DNA of 64,000 bases from contig NC_083230.1 in the NCBI RefSeq assembly GCF_032191835.1, positions 48,918,001-48,982,000 on the forward strand, read 5' to 3'. Source of the stretch: Heteronotia binoei. Lineage: Eukaryota. The notes under the pieces are model-generated. The model was not told the origin of the DNA, did not search any database, and was given only the letters and a program-made list of their open reading frames with translations. Each line of letters opens with the position of its first letter. Positions within the stretch are counted from its first letter, which is position 1. Both the position numbers and the translations under genes were made by a program. Shown one piece after another: positions 61,281 to 64,000 of the stretch.

Positions 61281-62419
61281 TATATGCCTTTTTAGTTTCA
61301 ATAGTGATTTTTTTTTAAAAAAAATCTATTGTATGAATTTGATGTGAAGGACTAGATGAAAAGTATGGAACTTTTGTAGATGTGCCACTTTCAGTTATCA
61401 TACCAATGGAATTCTATCTGCAATAACTCTGTGAGCTAGGCTTAAGCTGCCAAGGCAAGTCGTGTTCTTTTTTGCTGAGCAGGGATCCTACCAAGTTCAA
61501 CATGATTCTTGCATCTCAGTGGCTGAATAAATAATTCTGGATTATGACTAAATAAAAAACTAAAATGTTAATTTTTGCATGACAAAATAATAATGAAGTC
61601 TTGATAAAAATGCATCTGGTGTTTCTTCATAGACAAAAATATGCATAGTTTCATGATACTTAAAATATAGTTGCAAAAACGGACAGAGTAAGTTAGTAAA
61701 GACATTCCTTCATTGACTAAATGATTTCCGTCCATCCTAATCATAGTATTGTTTCCTCGATGAATGCCATCGTTTTCCTCCATGCCCTTCATCTTGTAGG
61801 AAAATGTGTATATTTACTTGTAAAAACACCATTCACATTTCAAAAATGTTGGTAAGGCACGTGTCTTTATATTTTTAAATAAAACACACAAAATACTACT
61901 GATTACTAGCTGAAAATTAATACAAAACACCAGTCTGATGACAGTCAAAATGATCGATGGTCCTAGATTGTACTCTGTCCCTACATATAAAGTCACTTGC
62001 CAGATTTTCAAACTGAGACATTGAAACGTTGTATCTTGGTATGTTGGTGCCTTTTACTCATCAAATTGACCGCTGATGACAGATATTGGTGATTCCTTCA
62101 TTAGGTTTGGTTGTTATAAAACGTTAAAGAACAAAAGATGTCCAGTTTACAGTGTAGGATATGAAGTCAGGCTTTCTATATTCCACCATTAGGTCTATTG
62201 GAAGATGGAGGGGGTGGGAATGAGGAACATTATTTTTGGTTAGCTGACCAACAAACAAATTTGATATGTTGCAATGAAAATTGTACGTGCCATTGTTAAC
62301 TGAAACTTCCACTGTGATAAGATTGCATCTTTGACATTTTGTTTTCAGTGGGTGCTGTGAAATATAGGAAAAGGAACACTGAATCTGTTTGCCAGTTGAG
62401 ACTTACTATTGATTCAGCT

Positions 62420-62595
62420 GGGTAGCCATGTTGGTCTGAAGTAGCAGCACAAAGTTTGAGTTCAGTGGCTCCTTTAAGAGCAACAGAGTATTATTTAAGG
62501 TACGAGTTTTCATGTGCTTGAAAACACGGAAGTTTATACCTTGAATAATGACCTTGTTGGTCTTAAAGGTGCCACCAGACTCAAACTTTGTTCTC
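62420..62595. mobile_element. Palindromic Penelope-derived element (two inverted pLTR termini)
   Basis: 62449-62511 vs reverse complement of 62529-62591 about 80% identical; GGGTAGCCATGTTGGTCTG terminus; remnants of GAAAGCT(C/T)ATAC on both arms. Confidence 0.75.
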
Positions 62596-63211
62596 TTGGC
62601 ACTATTGTTGGTTCTGCATTGGATTGCAAATTTCTGTTTTGGATTAGAAATTATTGGCCCAGGCTTGTTAGAATTTTACTGCCTCCCCTAAAACAGAAAA
62701 ACTCTCCCTTCAGCTGCTATTCATTGTTGCTGCACACCTCAAATCCACAGCACTTCCAGTGTTTCTTCTGGGCCCTTCAGTCGTTGTGTTTATTACCCCG
62801 TGATTTTTCTACACTCTGTGTACTTTTGTTCAACTTGTGTATCACTCCCTTCACTTTCTGTTCTGTTCAGCTAATTTACTGTTTTATCCCTAAATTTCCA
62901 GTTGGTGCATTTGTAAGTAAATTTGAGATTTTGGGGGTGAAGCTTTCACCTGACTATTGGAAATAAAGACAGAACAGATGTGCATGGATGGTTGATGTAT
63001 ATTTACATTCTCAAGAGCTGTGGGCCACCAGGCCTTCAATCATACACTGGAATCATGTGACCATAGGTAAAAAAATTAAACAAAACAAGCATGTGGTTAT
63101 GAGAACAAATATACAACCTGATATATGAAATATCTTTTAATCAAGGAATTTTTCACTTTCATTGCTTAGATAAATGTTAAGCACTAAATCTCTGTTTCAT
63201 CCTTGTTCCAG

Positions 63212-64000
63212 GTCTGAAGAACTGTTGCCGACTACAACAGTGCCAGCATTCCAACTTTATTAAACCTACCAACATCTTAAATGGACTTTCCTGTGGTGGT
63301 ACCCTTTATGAAATGGATGACAACTACTACATCAGTTTGCACATTCTAATCACTTTCCAGTGTCACGAGAGATTTTTACGTATAAATAATCTATGTGTAT
63401 GCAACTGGTAAAACCAGAGCCTACATCCAGTATTACTGATAAGAGACATCATTCACCCACCAATGTTGTACATGTATGAAAACTGTACTGTATCCTGCAA
63501 CAAACCCCATACTTCCTATTGGAGAGTACAATAATGTAAATCCTAAAAGCACCACTATTTTAGCAAAATAAAAGAAAGTCCAAAGAGCTCCTATATAGAC
63601 TACTCCAGATAACTTTGCTTCATCGGTATTTGTAGCTTATTGTAACTTTTTTAAAAGAAATACAGGATCACCATTGTATTGTACAAAAGCGCTTTGATTA
63701 ACTCAACAGCTATATAGTTTTTTAATTTTAGGATAAAAAAAACCTGTGGAGACAGTGATCTAGTCTTTAAAATGAGTCCTTTCAGTATAATGTCTGACTA
63801 TAGACATTGCCTTTAATATCTGTTGGGAAGGAAATGTCCAGATTTTTCAACCTTTATTGTATGTTTCCTTTTCCTTGTTTACATAGGGAACAATGTTTAT
63901 AGTTGTGTGTACAGTGGGGGTCTACAACAAGAAGTGTATATTTTAAAACAATTTTTTAATGATTTAACAATTTTTTGTAAATCATTTTCGGGCTTCTGCA
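63212..64000 (+). other. RAP1B: RAP1B terminal 3'UTR exon (continues beyond the window)
   Basis: Acceptor TTGTTCCAG|GTCTGAAGAACTGTTGCC; closely resembles the human RAP1B 3'UTR as I recall it; no transposon sequence recognised in it. Confidence 0.9.
63567..63572 (+). terminator. RAP1B: Candidate proximal polyadenylation signal AATAAA
   Basis: AATAAA about 355 nt into the last exon, preceded by several TGTA motifs (about 63467-63540). Confidence 0.55.

Overview
Vertebrate nuclear DNA. The SINE and LINE content (Sauria-, Squam2- and Squam3-like SINEs, CR1, L2, Penelope, hAT MITEs, Tc1) points to a squamate, probably a gecko. The only gene I can support is RAP1B on the + strand. It has a CpG-island promoter and probable non-coding exon 1 (about 25.3-25.56 kb) and six phase-0 coding exons (44378-58611). 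These splice through canonical GT-AG sites to a complete 184-aa Rap1B ending [12 protein letters not shown] 4.6-kb intron lies inside the 3'UTR, followed by a deeply conserved terminal UTR exon (63212 to window end) with several miRNA 8mer sites. The first 25 kb is intergenic and mostly layered, nested transposon relics. The most unusual structures are: (i) an unassigned, GC-rich, non-coding ~2.06-kb TIR element present twice, one copy splitting an RTE-X-like LINE without a recognisable target-site duplication; (ii) a self-inverted (foldback) Tc1 element in the 3'UTR intron; (iii) a Penelope/GIY-YIG relic with an inverted pseudo-LTR, plus hammerhead-ribozyme remnants, one ~300 bp upstream of the RAP1B promoter core; (iv) an LTR/hAT/LTR nest upstream of the promoter. 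I found no convincing novel protein-coding system. The long ORFs in the track are GC-rich or TE-derived shadows. Family names and human comparisons are from memory and need Dfam/Repbase/BLAST confirmation. Identity figures are hand counts.
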